Part shown: positions 30,680 through 40,279 of the stretch, one piece after another
Position numbering within the stretch: the first letter of the stretch is position 1
Layout of the letters: each line of letters opens with the position of its first letter
Notes under the pieces: model-generated
The model's input: the letters and a program-made list of their open reading frames with translations, nothing else
Databases searched by the model: none
Told to the model about the DNA's origin: nothing
Assembly (NCBI GenBank): GCA_963805625.1
Contig: CAWDVE010000024.1
Span: 64,001-128,000 of the forward strand
Length of the DNA: 64,000 nt
Direction of reading: 5' to 3'
Origin: an uncultured Candidatus Rokubacteria bacterium
Lineage (GTDB): Bacteria > Methylomirabilota > Methylomirabilia > Rokubacteriales > DASRDR01
Position numbers and translations under genes: made by a program

Positions 30680-31221
30680 GAGTGGTGAGCACGGCGCGCA
30701 GGTCGGAGGCCGAAGTCATCTGGCCGGTCGGCGAAAACCGGTGCATGGTACTGCTGGAGCTCGGTGACGGTGATGCGGCGGCGGGCGAGCACCACCTCCC
30801 CGAGGCCGGGGATGGTCAGGTCGCGCACCTCGGGCGCCCAGGTGGCGCAGCACCAAGATTGCCGCCTCTACCGTGGCCCGCACCTCGTTCTCTAGGCGGT
30901 CGAAGAACCAGTCGCACGGCAAGTCCACGCGCAGGCCATGGATGCTGGCTCGTAGGTTGGCCGTGTAGTCCTCCACGGGCATCCGCACGGTGCTGCAGTC
31001 GTCCGGGTCGTAGCCCGCCATCGCCCCGAGCATGAGTGCCGCGTCCTCGACCGTACGCGTGATCGGACCGGGGTGCTCGAAGATGAAGGATAGAGGGTAG
31101 GGTTCAGCCGGTCGATGTGGCGCAGGTACGCCTCGGTCAGCTCCAGCGGCGATAGCTCGTGGGCACGGATCAGCTCCGCGGCCCGCGCGATGGTGAGGCC
31201 GGTGACGTCGAGGGCTTGCAT
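30680..31221 (-). pseudogene. Amidase-signature (GatA-like) pseudogene with internal deletion and frameshifts
   Basis: LTIARAAELIR...SPLELTEAYLRHIDRLNP joined directly to EHPGPITRTVEDAALML...GYDPDD; catalytic GGSS region absent. Confidence 0.85.
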
Positions 31222-31290
31222 GGAGGCCTCCCGGTGTGAGGCTGGGCGATGGCTCAATCTGGCAGAGGCCACGCGCCGTAGGTGGTGCAC

Positions 31291-32247
31291 TCACGCTGTC
31301 AGCGGCATGATTCTGTCCGCGAAGTGCTGCATGCGCTCCAGGGTCCGCGCCTGCGTCTCGTCCTGCAGGTTCACCATCATGTGGCGGACGCCCAGTTCCT
31401 CATAGCACTTGATGTCATCCGCGATCTGTTGCGGCGTCCCAGTCAGGGGGCGGCGCCGGCCATTGGGTAGCGTCTGGGCCTGCTGGTCGTTCAACCAGTT
31501 GATGCTGTACGCGAAATCCAACACCGACGGGTCGCGTCCAGACTCCTGCGCGTGGCGCCTGACTCTGGCCGCGTAGTCAGCGAACTGCTCAGGCGTCCCC
31601 ACGGGGAAGCGCGGGTTGCTGCCAATGGGATACCAGGCGTTGGCGAGGCGTCCGGCACGTCGCACCGCCACCGGGCTCTCGCCGCCGATCCAGATGGGCG
31701 GGTGCGGTTTCTGGACCGGCTTCGGTGCAAAGGCGACATTGGCGAAACGACAGTACTTGCCCTCGAATGTCGGATTGTCACTCGTCCACAGTTCTTTGAA
31801 GGCGCGGATGTACTCGTCGCTGACGGTACCGCGCTCGTCGTATGGGGGCGCGCCAATCGCCTCGAACTCTTCGCGCATCCAGCCTACCCCGCAGCCGACG
31901 ATGAGGCGCCCATTGGAGAGCACATCGAGCGTCGCCAGCATCTTCGCCGTGAGCACCGGCGGCCGGTGCGGGAGCACCAGGACCGACGTCAGCAGCTTCG
32001 CGGTGGACGTGATGCCCACCAGGAAGCTCAGAAGTGCCAGCTGCTCCATGCATGCGCCCGATGGGTCACCCGCAAACGAGCCGCTCTCGTTGTAGGGATA
32101 GATCGAGGCAATCTTCCTCGGGATGATGACATGGTCGCTTACGCTAATAATCGCGAAACCCAACTCCTCGCCCTTGTGTGCCAATATCGCGAGGCTGTGC
32201 GGTGTCGCCATCGGTCCGCGCGTTGGTAGTCCAAAGCCAAACTCCAT
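31291..32247 (-). CDS. LLM-class F420-dependent oxidoreductase
   Basis: VSDHV, AKMLATLDVLSNGRL, GVGWMREEF, PKPVQKPHPPIWIGG; GGAGGA RBS. Confidence 0.93.
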   Translation of the reverse strand: MEFGFGLPTRGPMATPHSLAILAHKGEELGFAIISVSDHVIIPRKIASIYPYNESGSFAGDPSGACMEQLALLSFLVGITSTAKLLTSVLVLPHRPPVLTAKMLATLDVLSNGRLIVGCGVGWMREEFEAIGAPPYDERGTVSDEYIRAFKELWTSDNPTFEGKYCRFANVAFAPKPVQKPHPPIWIGGESPVAVRRAGRLANAWYPIGSNPRFPVGTPEQFADYAARVRRHAQESGRDPSVLDFAYSINWLNDQQAQTLPNGRRRPLTGTPQQIADDIKCYEELGVRHMMVNLQDETQARTLERMQHFADRIMPLTA

Positions 32248-32449
32248 TGTCGTTCCTCCTCCTGCCACCGGCACAGCGGAACGCCCTCGACCGGGTACGA
32301 TTTCGTCGTGGGTACGCGCAGGCTGGGTTGAGCATACGTGAAGACTTGGCATCCAACGAGGAAGGCGTCAAGTACCTCGATCGGGAAGGGAGGGAGCACG
32401 GGAAGTCGCGTGCGCGCGTGCGGTCCGGCTTCTTCTGCAGACCGGCTCC

Positions 32450-32710
32450 CAACGATAACGCGCTGACCGAGACGGTGATCGGGCTGTTCCGACCGAGGAG
32501 ATCCACCGACGCGGAGCCTGGAAGGGCCTTGAGGACGTGGAGTTCGCGACGCTCGAGCGGGTCGCGTGGTACAACAAGGGCCGCCTGCTCACCCCGCTCG
32601 GCTACGTGCCGCAGGCCGAGTTCGAGCAGGCCTATCATGACCGTCAGACGGCTCCGGCCGAGTTGGCGGTCCTCACGTAACGAGCTCTCCGGAGAACCCG
32701 GGGCGGTTCG
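32450..32710 (+). mobile_element. IS3-family (IS51/IS6110-like) 3' remnant with right inverted repeat
   Basis: DNALTETVIGLF, then after a frameshift GPWKGLEDVEFATL...WYN...LGYVP..EFE; ends CTCTCCGGAGAACCCGGGGCGGTTC. Confidence 0.88.
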
Positions 32711-33140
32711 AGACGCACTCTGTGAAGGTCCGATCGCCGGCCTGACGAGGTCGCCACATTTTGCGCAAAGGGCAGCGTCCCGATAGCTGTGGAAAAGAGG
32801 AATGGCGTATCTTCTCGGAGGTTGGGATTGGAGTCCACCATCCATGGCCTTGGCCGGGGCGCACCGAGAGGAGATACGCCGATGCCGACCTTGCCACAGA
32901 AGGCAACCGCGTACAACCTAGCAGCCGTGGACTGGGCCGCCGCTCTCAGGCCGACATGCTGGAGGTTGGTCCGGCGGGCCATTGAGCACGTGGTCGAATC
33001 GGAGCTGGCCGTGGCGCTGGGCCCTCGTTACGCACGACAGGAGACGCGCGTCGGCCACCGCCACGGGACGAAGACGCGCACGATCACGAGCCTAGTCGGC
33101 ACCGTCACGCTGACGGTGCCACGCGTCCGCTTGCAAACGC
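32711..33140 (+). mobile_element. IS256-family transposase 5' remnant
   Basis: ESELAVALGPRYAR...GHRHGTKTRTITSLVGTVTLTVPRVR, starting at ATG 32882; truncated. Confidence 0.75.
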
Positions 33141-33443
33141 CATCACCTCGGGCTCTTCGAGCAGCGCGGGGTGCCATCGTCCGACGAGCGCGTGGCGCGG
33201 ATGCATCACTCCCCGTGGAAGGTGGGGGAGCCCACGGACCTCGTACGCGCGCGGCAGCGGCTGATCGAGACCGGGGCGCTGGTGGGCTCGTCGAACCACG
33301 GGGTGAGCCTGTCGCTCTACGCGAAGGATCCCGACGGGCTCGAGTTCGAGGTCTTCTGGACGGTCCCGGATGGCAAGCCCGTCGGCACCAGACCGCTCCA
33401 TCTCGAGGCCGAGCTGGCCCGGCGCGGCATCACGGTGTCGTAG
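33140..33443 (+). pseudogene. VOC/glyoxalase protein, 5'-truncated
   Basis: HHLGLFE, then after a frameshift NHGVSLSLYAKDPDGLEFEVFW. Confidence 0.75.
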
Positions 33444-33477
33444 GGCGCTCCGGGGCCGCGCCTCGTTAGGGGCCCTG

Positions 33478-34551
33478 ATGGATTCCGGCGAGACCGACGC
33501 AGATCGAGGGCGCCTCGGGGGTCTGCAGGATGCCTTCGACCAGGCGTGGCGCGCTGCCGAGGCACGTCGCGAGTCGCACTACGTCTTGCTCGGTCGGCCC
33601 GTGCGCATCCGCATCGCCGGCGGCGCCCTAGCGGCCCACATTCATGAGGCCTTCGCGCACCTGAGCGCGGGCGCAACCGTGGACGCGCCCCGCCTCACGG
33701 TCGACCTCTGGGACGTGCGGGAGACGGGCGTGCCCGTTCCCGACGACGGGGTGCGCTGCGTGGGCGAGCAGACCTGGGGGCCGGCCGAGGACCGCTTTGC
33801 CGCCACTCACGATCGGCGCGTCGTCGGCACCCACCTGCCCGGCAGCGGCGCGTGGCTCGACCGGCGCGCCGGGCACGCGATCGGCTGGTTCGCGGACGGC
33901 GATGGCCTCACGACGCACGAGCGGAGCAAGCCGCTCTACGCGCTGCTCGCTGTCTGGGCCAGCGATCGCGGCGTCCACGGCGTTCACGCCGCGCTGGTCG
34001 GCCGCGATGGGAGCGGGGTGCTGGTCCCGGGCGGTAGCGGTGCGGGGAAATCGACGGTCGCCCTCGCCTGCCTCTGCGCAGGGCAGACCTACTTCGGCGA
34101 CGACTGGATCGGACTCGCCCGCGTCGGCGACGTCTTCGAGGGCTACGGGTTCTATGGCGCCGCACTCCTGGAGGCACGCCACGCCACGCGTTTCCCGCTG
34201 CTCCAGCCCCACATTGTTCGCCCTCCGGGCCCAGGCGAGGGGAAGGCGCTCCTGCCGCTCGCGAGCGCGTTTCCCGAGCGGCTCGGACATTCGACGCGCG
34301 TGCGCGCGCTGGCCCTGCCACGCATCGTCGCGAGGTCGGGGACGCGGGTTGGCCCCGCCTCGCCGCGCGAGGCGCTGCTGACGCTCATGCCCAGCTCGGT
34401 CTTCATGATGCGGCCCCGCGGTGGACGCGCCGGAATCGAGCGCCTGGCCCAGCTCGCCCGCGAGCTCCCAGCGTACTGGCTCGAGATCGGCAGCGACCTG
34501 GACGACATCCCCCGAGGCGTCGACGAGATCCTGGTGCGCGCGACGACGTGA
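33478..34551 (+). CDS. HPr kinase-related P-loop kinase
   Basis: VHAALVG...GVLVPGGSGAGKSTVAL, YFGDDW, GKA; HprK-like core. Confidence 0.85.
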   Translation: MDSGETDADRGRLGGLQDAFDQAWRAAEARRESHYVLLGRPVRIRIAGGALAAHIHEAFAHLSAGATVDAPRLTVDLWDVRETGVPVPDDGVRCVGEQTWGPAEDRFAATHDRRVVGTHLPGSGAWLDRRAGHAIGWFADGDGLTTHERSKPLYALLAVWASDRGVHGVHAALVGRDGSGVLVPGGSGAGKSTVALACLCAGQTYFGDDWIGLARVGDVFEGYGFYGAALLEARHATRFPLLQPHIVRPPGPGEGKALLPLASAFPERLGHSTRVRALALPRIVARSGTRVGPASPREALLTLMPSSVFMMRPRGGRAGIERLAQLARELPAYWLEIGSDLDDIPRGVDEILVRATT

Positions 34552-35708
34552 ACCGCCCTTGGCCCGACGGCCTGTGTCTCCTGCTACCGACCTCGGAGGA
34601 GACTGATCTCCTGCGCGCCTGCTTGTGGTCGGGGCCGGGGGGACGCGAGGCCTGGGAGCGGTGGCAAGGGCGTGTGGGCGGGGTGCGCCGGGGGCTCGGC
34701 GACGAAGCCGTGAAGCCGTTGCTCCCGCTGCTCTATCACGCCGTGCGCCGGAACGAGCTCGCGGTCGAGCCCCGCGTGCGCACCACCCTCGGCGCGGCGG
34801 TGCTCGCGGAGACGCTCCGGAGCGCGACCTACCAGCGGATCTGCGCGCGGGCCTGTGCGGCCGTCGAGGGGGCCTCCGTTCCGTTCCTCGTGCTCACGGG
34901 CGCGGCGCTGGGGGACACCGTCTATCCCGCAGGGGCGCTCCGGCACTCGCACGACGTCGACCTGCTCGTCGAGGCGCGCGACCTGGACCGCGCCACCGAG
35001 GCCCTGCGGCGTGGCGGCTTCACGCTGGTTCCCGGCCGGTGCGCGGACCCCGAGCAACGGGAGCTGCGCGACGAGTCCGGCCTCCCGATCCAGCTTCACT
35101 CCCGCCTGTTTCCCGTGCGCTACTACGCCATTGCCCTGGACGGCATCCGGGCCCGGGCCCAGGTCTCTGCGATCGCGGGCCGGCGCGTGCCCACGCTTTC
35201 CGCGGCCGACCACCTCGTGCACGTCTGCGGGCTGGCTGCCTGCGCGGGCCGCGGTCGGTCGCTGAAGTGGGTGTTCGACGCCTGGTACCTCATCGCCCGG
35301 CACCCTGAGCTGGACGGCCAAGCCCTTCTCCGGATGGCGTCCGATGCCCGCGTCGTGCTGCCGCTGACCGTGCTCCTGGGCTACCTGGCCGATCAGCTCG
35401 AGGCCCGCCTGCCGAGCCAGCTGCTCGCCGGGCTGGCGGCCGCCGCCGCGAGGACCGATCGGACCGCGCGCGAAGTCGCCCTGTTCGGGGTGCGTGCCGG
35501 CGGCCGGGGGACGCTTCGCAACCTCTGGCGGGCCACGCGCAGCTGGCGCGACGGAGCGGATCTGGTCCGCTGGATGCTCGTGCCGACGCCCGCCAGCTTG
35601 CGATTCGGCTGGCGGTTCCATGATTCTCGGCCCGTGGCCGCCGGCTATGTCCTGCGGCCCCTGTCCTACCTTCTGCGCCGCCTCGGATCGTGGCGGGGCG
35701 CCGCCTAG
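34548..35708 (+). CDS. Nucleotidyltransferase family protein (NTP_transf_5-like)
   Basis: VPFLVLTGAALG...YP...LRHSHDVDLLV, IQLH, KWVFD; overlaps the kinase stop (GTGA). Confidence 0.85.
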   Translation: MNRPWPDGLCLLLPTSEETDLLRACLWSGPGGREAWERWQGRVGGVRRGLGDEAVKPLLPLLYHAVRRNELAVEPRVRTTLGAAVLAETLRSATYQRICARACAAVEGASVPFLVLTGAALGDTVYPAGALRHSHDVDLLVEARDLDRATEALRRGGFTLVPGRCADPEQRELRDESGLPIQLHSRLFPVRYYAIALDGIRARAQVSAIAGRRVPTLSAADHLVHVCGLAACAGRGRSLKWVFDAWYLIARHPELDGQALLRMASDARVVLPLTVLLGYLADQLEARLPSQLLAGLAAAAARTDRTAREVALFGVRAGGRGTLRNLWRATRSWRDGADLVRWMLVPTPASLRFGWRFHDSRPVAAGYVLRPLSYLLRRLGSWRGAA

Positions 35709-35838
35709 GCGCGGGCCATGGTGGCCGTCGCCGGCGGCTGACGGCGGCCGGGGACCCCGCCTGCCGGTGCCGTCCAAGGTGAATGAGGGAGGCTACGAAT
35801 CGCAGTATCATGCAGGTCGACGTGCACAGGAGGTGGCG

Positions 35839-36291
35839 ATGCTGACGAACGACACTCGCCTGCGTCCGAACGACGCCGAGGTCGCGGCCGAGGTGATGGA
35901 TGGTGAGGCGATTCTGATCAACCTCGCCACCGGCGCGTACTACTCCATGGACAAGGCCGGCGGGCTGGTCTGGCAGTCGATCCAGCAGCACTGCTCGCTG
36001 GAGGAGATCGCCCAGCGGCTCACCGGCAGCTACGCCGTCTCGATCGAGCAGGCGCGCGCCGACGTGACCCGGCTCGGGTCCGAGCTGCTGGAAGCGCACC
36101 TCGTCACGGTCTCGACGGATGCCGCCCCCAGCGGTGATGCGTACGTCCCCCCGCCCGAGCGGCTGCTCTACGAGTCACCCACGGTGTCGGCTTACAGCGA
36201 CCTGCGCAACCTGCTCGCCCTCGATCCCCCGATGCCGTCCCTGGAGACCCTCCAGATCGAGGATCCGAGACGGGGGCCGTCCACCGCATGA
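35839..36291 (+). CDS. PqqD-family RiPP recognition element (RRE) with a C-terminal peptide extension
   Basis: AGGAGGT RBS; VAAEVMDGEAILINLATGAYYSMD..G.LVW; tail YESPTVSAYSDLRNLLALDPPMP. Confidence 0.88.
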   Translation: MLTNDTRLRPNDAEVAAEVMDGEAILINLATGAYYSMDKAGGLVWQSIQQHCSLEEIAQRLTGSYAVSIEQARADVTRLGSELLEAHLVTVSTDAAPSGDAYVPPPERLLYESPTVSAYSDLRNLLALDPPMPSLETLQIEDPRRGPSTA

Positions 36292-36298
36292 TTGGCAC

Positions 36299-37045
36299 GT
36301 GACCGGCGCCCTGGTGAGCTGCGTCGTCCCCGTGTTTAACGGGGAGCGCTACCTGCGGGAAGCGCTCGACAGCATCCTGGCCCAGACCTATCGGCCGCTG
36401 GAGGTCGTCGTGGCGGACGACGGCTCGACCGACAGCACGGTGGAGATCGTGGCTGGCTACGCCGACGCCGTGCGCTACGTCCGACAGGACAACGCCGGTG
36501 CCCCGGCGGCCCGCAACCTCGGTCTCGATAACGGGCGAGGTGACTTCATCGCCTTCCTCGACGCCGACGACGTCTGGCACCCGGAGAAGCTGGCCCGGCA
36601 GATGGCGCGCTTCGACGCGCGCCCCGACCTCGATCTCTGCGTCACCCACCTGCAGGCGTTCTGGATCGCCGAGCTGAAGGAGGAGGCGGCGAGATTCCGC
36701 GATCACCCACTGTCGGGGCCGCTGCCCGGGTATTCCACGGTGACCCTGTTGGCGCGACGCGCGCTGTTCGAACGGGTCGGCCGCTTCAACGTCGCGCTGA
36801 GCGTCGGCGATCCCATGGAGTGGTTCCTTCGTGCCGCCCACGAGGGCGCGGTGATGGAGCTGCTGCCGGAAACCCTTGTGTACCGGCGCATGCACCAGCG
36901 GAACCTGTCGTGGGATGTCGACGAAACCCGGCGCATGACGACGGCGATGCAGGCCTCGGTTCTACGGGTGGTGAAGGAGTCGCTCGATCGCCGGCGCCGC
37001 GAGGGATCGGCGGTGCGCGCCTACGACATCCCGGGGCCTCGATGA
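36299..37045 (+). CDS. Glycosyltransferase family 2
   Basis: VSCVVPVFNGERYL, DDGSTD, ARNLG, FLDADD. Confidence 0.93.
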   Translation: MTGALVSCVVPVFNGERYLREALDSILAQTYRPLEVVVADDGSTDSTVEIVAGYADAVRYVRQDNAGAPAARNLGLDNGRGDFIAFLDADDVWHPEKLARQMARFDARPDLDLCVTHLQAFWIAELKEEAARFRDHPLSGPLPGYSTVTLLARRALFERVGRFNVALSVGDPMEWFLRAAHEGAVMELLPETLVYRRMHQRNLSWDVDETRRMTTAMQASVLRVVKESLDRRRREGSAVRAYDIPGPR

Positions 37046-37764
37046 GCCGGGCCCTGGTGAGCTGCGTCGTCCCCGTGTTCAACGGGGAGCGCTACCTGCG
37101 GGAAGCGCTCGACAGCATCCTGGCCCAGACGTATCGGCCGCTGGAGGTCGTCGTGGCGGACGACGGCTCGACCGACGGCTCGGCGGCGGCGGTGGCCGCC
37201 TACGGTGACCGGGCGCGCTGGCTGAGCCAGCCCACGGCGGGGCCGGCCGCGACGCGCAACCTCGGCCTGCGGGCCGCCCGCGGGGAGTTCGTCGCGTTCC
37301 TCGACGCCGACGATCTCTGGCATCCGGAGAAGCTGTCGCGCCAGGTCGCGCGCTTTGCGGCGCTGCCGGAGCTCGGCGTCTCGGTGACCCATATTCAGAA
37401 CTTCTGGATCGCCGACCTGGTGGAGGAGGCCGCGCGGCTTCGCGACGATCCGCGCGCAGGCCCGCTTCCCGGATACGTCACGATGACGATGATGGTGCGC
37501 CGGACGCTGTTCGACTCGGTCGGGCCGTTCGATGAATCCCTGTGGCACACGGACGCCGCCGACTGGTTCGTGCGCGTCGCCGCCCAGGGCGTCGTGATAG
37601 AGATGCTGCCCGATGTTCTCGCCCACCATCGCATGCACCGCACCAACCTCAGCCGCCGGATGGGGCCTGGCTCGCGCCGGGAGTTCGTGGGCATGGTGAA
37701 GCGGTCGCTCGACTGGCGACGGCGCTTCGGTGAGCCGGCGCCTCCGTTCCTGGCCTTCGACTAG
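37042..37764 (+). CDS. Glycosyltransferase family 2 (paralog)
   Basis: Same motifs; ATGA overlap with the preceding gene. Confidence 0.93.
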   Translation: MSRALVSCVVPVFNGERYLREALDSILAQTYRPLEVVVADDGSTDGSAAAVAAYGDRARWLSQPTAGPAATRNLGLRAARGEFVAFLDADDLWHPEKLSRQVARFAALPELGVSVTHIQNFWIADLVEEAARLRDDPRAGPLPGYVTMTMMVRRTLFDSVGPFDESLWHTDAADWFVRVAAQGVVIEMLPDVLAHHRMHRTNLSRRMGPGSRREFVGMVKRSLDWRRRFGEPAPPFLAFD

Positions 37765-37787
37765 GGTGGCGCCGGGCGGGGGTCGAG

Positions 37788-38903
37788 GTGCGGGTCCTCG
37801 TGTGGCAGGAGCCCTTCGGCCCTGGGCGCGGCGGCGTGCACACGATGGCGGAAGCGCTGCTCCCGGCCCTGCGGGGACGCGGTCACGACCTCGCCGTCGT
37901 CTCCCGACAGGACGCGACCGACGGCCCGCAGCGGGGGATGTGGAAAGGGATTCCCGTCTACCGATTCCCGCTCTGGCAAGCCCTCGAGAGCGCTGATCCC
38001 GCAGCGATCATGCGATGGCGACGCGAGATCGAGCGGCTCGAGCGCGACTTCGCGCCGGAGCTGGTTCATCTCAACTCCTTTGGTCCGACGGCCCTCTATC
38101 ACCTGGAGGCGAGGCGGGCCGCCCCCCCGCCGCTCCTCGTCACCCTCCACTCGTCGAACGTCTTGGTCCCCGGCTCCGCGACCGTGCTGCGACGGACCCT
38201 GCGGGCCGCCAGCTGGACGACCGCATGCTCGCATGCGCTACTCGCGCAGGCCCGACGGGTGGCCCCGGAGATCGAGGCGCGGTCGTCCGTCATCCACAAC
38301 GGCGTCGATCCTCCGGTCGGCGCGCCCTCGCCGCTTCCGTTCGACGAGCCCCGGGTGCTCTGCCTGGGTCAGCTCGCCCCCCACAAGGGGTTCGACCTGG
38401 CCATCCGAGCCTGCGCGGTGGTCCGCGCCCGATTTCCACGGTTGCGGCTGATCGTCGCCGGGGAAGGTCCGGCGAGGCGCGACCTGGAGGCGCTGGTCGA
38501 GCGGGAAGGCCTCGGCGCCGCGGTCGACTTCGTCGGCCGCGTAGCGCACGCCGATGTGCCAGAGCTCCTCGACACCGTCACGCTGGTCGCGCTGCCGTCG
38601 CGGCGCGAGGCGTTCCCACTCGTCGCGCTCGAGGCCGCGGTAATGGGCCGCCCAGTCGTGGCCGCTCGCGTCGATGGGCTGCCCGAGGCCGTGGCCGACC
38701 GGGAGACTGGCCTGCTGGTGGACCCGGAGAGCCCGGTGGCGCTCGCCGCGGCGATCACGTTCCTCCTGACCCACCCCGACGCGGCCGTGGCCATGGGCGC
38801 GGCCGGGAGGCGCCGCGCCGCGCGGGAATTCGGGCTGGCGCGGCACGTGGACGCCTACGATAGGCTGTACCGGACGCTGCGGGAAGGGCCGGTGCCGGGA
38901 TGA
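37788..38903 (+). CDS. Glycosyltransferase family 4
   Basis: VIHNGVD, HKGFD, PSRREAFPLVALEA, GLPEAV. Confidence 0.93.
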   Translation: MRVLVWQEPFGPGRGGVHTMAEALLPALRGRGHDLAVVSRQDATDGPQRGMWKGIPVYRFPLWQALESADPAAIMRWRREIERLERDFAPELVHLNSFGPTALYHLEARRAAPPPLLVTLHSSNVLVPGSATVLRRTLRAASWTTACSHALLAQARRVAPEIEARSSVIHNGVDPPVGAPSPLPFDEPRVLCLGQLAPHKGFDLAIRACAVVRARFPRLRLIVAGEGPARRDLEALVEREGLGAAVDFVGRVAHADVPELLDTVTLVALPSRREAFPLVALEAAVMGRPVVAARVDGLPEAVADRETGLLVDPESPVALAAAITFLLTHPDAAVAMGAAGRRRAAREFGLARHVDAYDRLYRTLREGPVPG

Positions 38904-39712
38904 AGACCATCGACAACCTCGAGATCCACCTCGTTCACAGTTGTAATCTGGCTTGCGAGGGCTGCTCGCACTATTCCAACCAGGGACACCGGGGGATGAT
39001 CTCGCTCGAGGAAGCGGACGCCTGGATGCGTCAGTGGAACCGGCGGGTGAGCCCGCGCACCTTTTCGCTGCTGGGGGGCGAGCCCACGATTCATCCGAAG
39101 CTCGTCGACTTCGTGTCCCTGAGCCGCCGGAACTGGCCCGAGGCGCGGCTCCAGCTGGTGACCAACGGCTTCCTGCTAGACCGGCATCCGGACCTGCCGG
39201 TCGTCCTCGGCAACGACCCGAATGCCTGCATCTCGCTCTCGATCCATCACGCCTCACCGCAGTATCGCGACCGGCTCCTGCCCGTCGTCCGGCTCCTCGT
39301 CGAGTGGACCCGCCGCCACGGTGTGCAGATCGACTTCCGGCCATCCCACGGAAGCTGGACTCGCCGGTACAAGGGGTTCGGGGCCTCGATGGAGCCCTTC
39401 GACGACGGCCGGCCGCGGGAGAGCTGGGAGCGCTGCCCGGCGAAGTACTGCAAGCAGCTGTTCCGGGGCGAGTTGTGGAAGTGCGCCCCGATCGCCTATC
39501 TGCCGATGCAGCACGCGAAGTACGGGCTCTCCGCAGCGTGGAAGCCCTATCTCAAGTACAAGTCGCTGGCGCCCGGCTGCACGGACGAGGAGCTCTCGGC
39601 GTTTCTTGCCCTAGAGGACGAGTCCTGCTGCCGGATGTGTCCGGCCGAGCCGGAGCGCTTCGAGATGCCGCTGCCCTTCCCGTCTCGCGCTTTCGTCCGC
39701 ACGCCCCGATAG
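38900..39712 (+). CDS. Radical SAM protein with C-terminal Cys-rich (SPASM/twitch-like) region
   Basis: CNLACEGC (CxxxCxxC), LLGGEP, VTNG; C-terminal CPAKYC, LWKC, CCRMC. Confidence 0.9.
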   Translation: MKTIDNLEIHLVHSCNLACEGCSHYSNQGHRGMISLEEADAWMRQWNRRVSPRTFSLLGGEPTIHPKLVDFVSLSRRNWPEARLQLVTNGFLLDRHPDLPVVLGNDPNACISLSIHHASPQYRDRLLPVVRLLVEWTRRHGVQIDFRPSHGSWTRRYKGFGASMEPFDDGRPRESWERCPAKYCKQLFRGELWKCAPIAYLPMQHAKYGLSAAWKPYLKYKSLAPGCTDEELSAFLALEDESCCRMCPAEPERFEMPLPFPSRAFVRTPR

Positions 39713-40279
39713 CGTCGGGTTTCCTCGGGCGCCACGGCCCTCCGGCCGGGCGAGGGTGACGGTGTCGTCCCGCTGGGCGCCGCCGACGCGTGGCCGCCCG
39801 GGCCGACCACCAGCGTCGACCCTCCTCGTTCATGGTCCGATGCGCTCTATTGACATCGGGCCCACGTTGGGTCGACGCGGATGATCCGAAAGCGCCGGGA
39901 CCGCCCGTCGGGAAGATCGAACATGCGTATCCGATTCTGGGGGACTCACTCATCCCCTCAACCCCTTGACGGCTTTCACCCCTCGGCCATAGCGTAGCTC
40001 TACCAGCGAAGGACAACCCTATGAGCTGTCGAGTTACGCGAGCCCTGCCCCTCATCCTGCTCGGCACTACCGCCTGTGGCGATGCGACCATCACCGCCAC
40101 GTCACACTTCCCGAAGCGAGACGAGGACAACCGCGGCGCCACGGTTCGCGTCGTGGCTGAAGAGGCTCCGCAGAGGAGCGAGCCCGAGATCAGCCATCCA
40201 TGAGAGTCGAGGCCCAAACCTGCCCTGCGCTGGCGCCGGCGCCGTGACTCGGTCGTCTGATTTCCTGGGGGCCTGTGGG

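Noticed and set aside
28800-30700. Functional integron with a cassette array
   Set aside because: Only short IntI-like remnants; no convincing paired attC (RYYYAAC...GTTRRRY) sites found by eye
33478-39712. Canonical lasso peptide or PQQ biosynthesis cluster
   Set aside because: No asparagine-synthetase-like cyclase, transglutaminase-like protease, pqqBC or separate precursor ORF is visible
40021-40203. 60-aa lipoprotein-like ORF (LLGTTAC)
   Set aside because: Plausible lipobox but no recognisable domain; it cannot be supported without homologs
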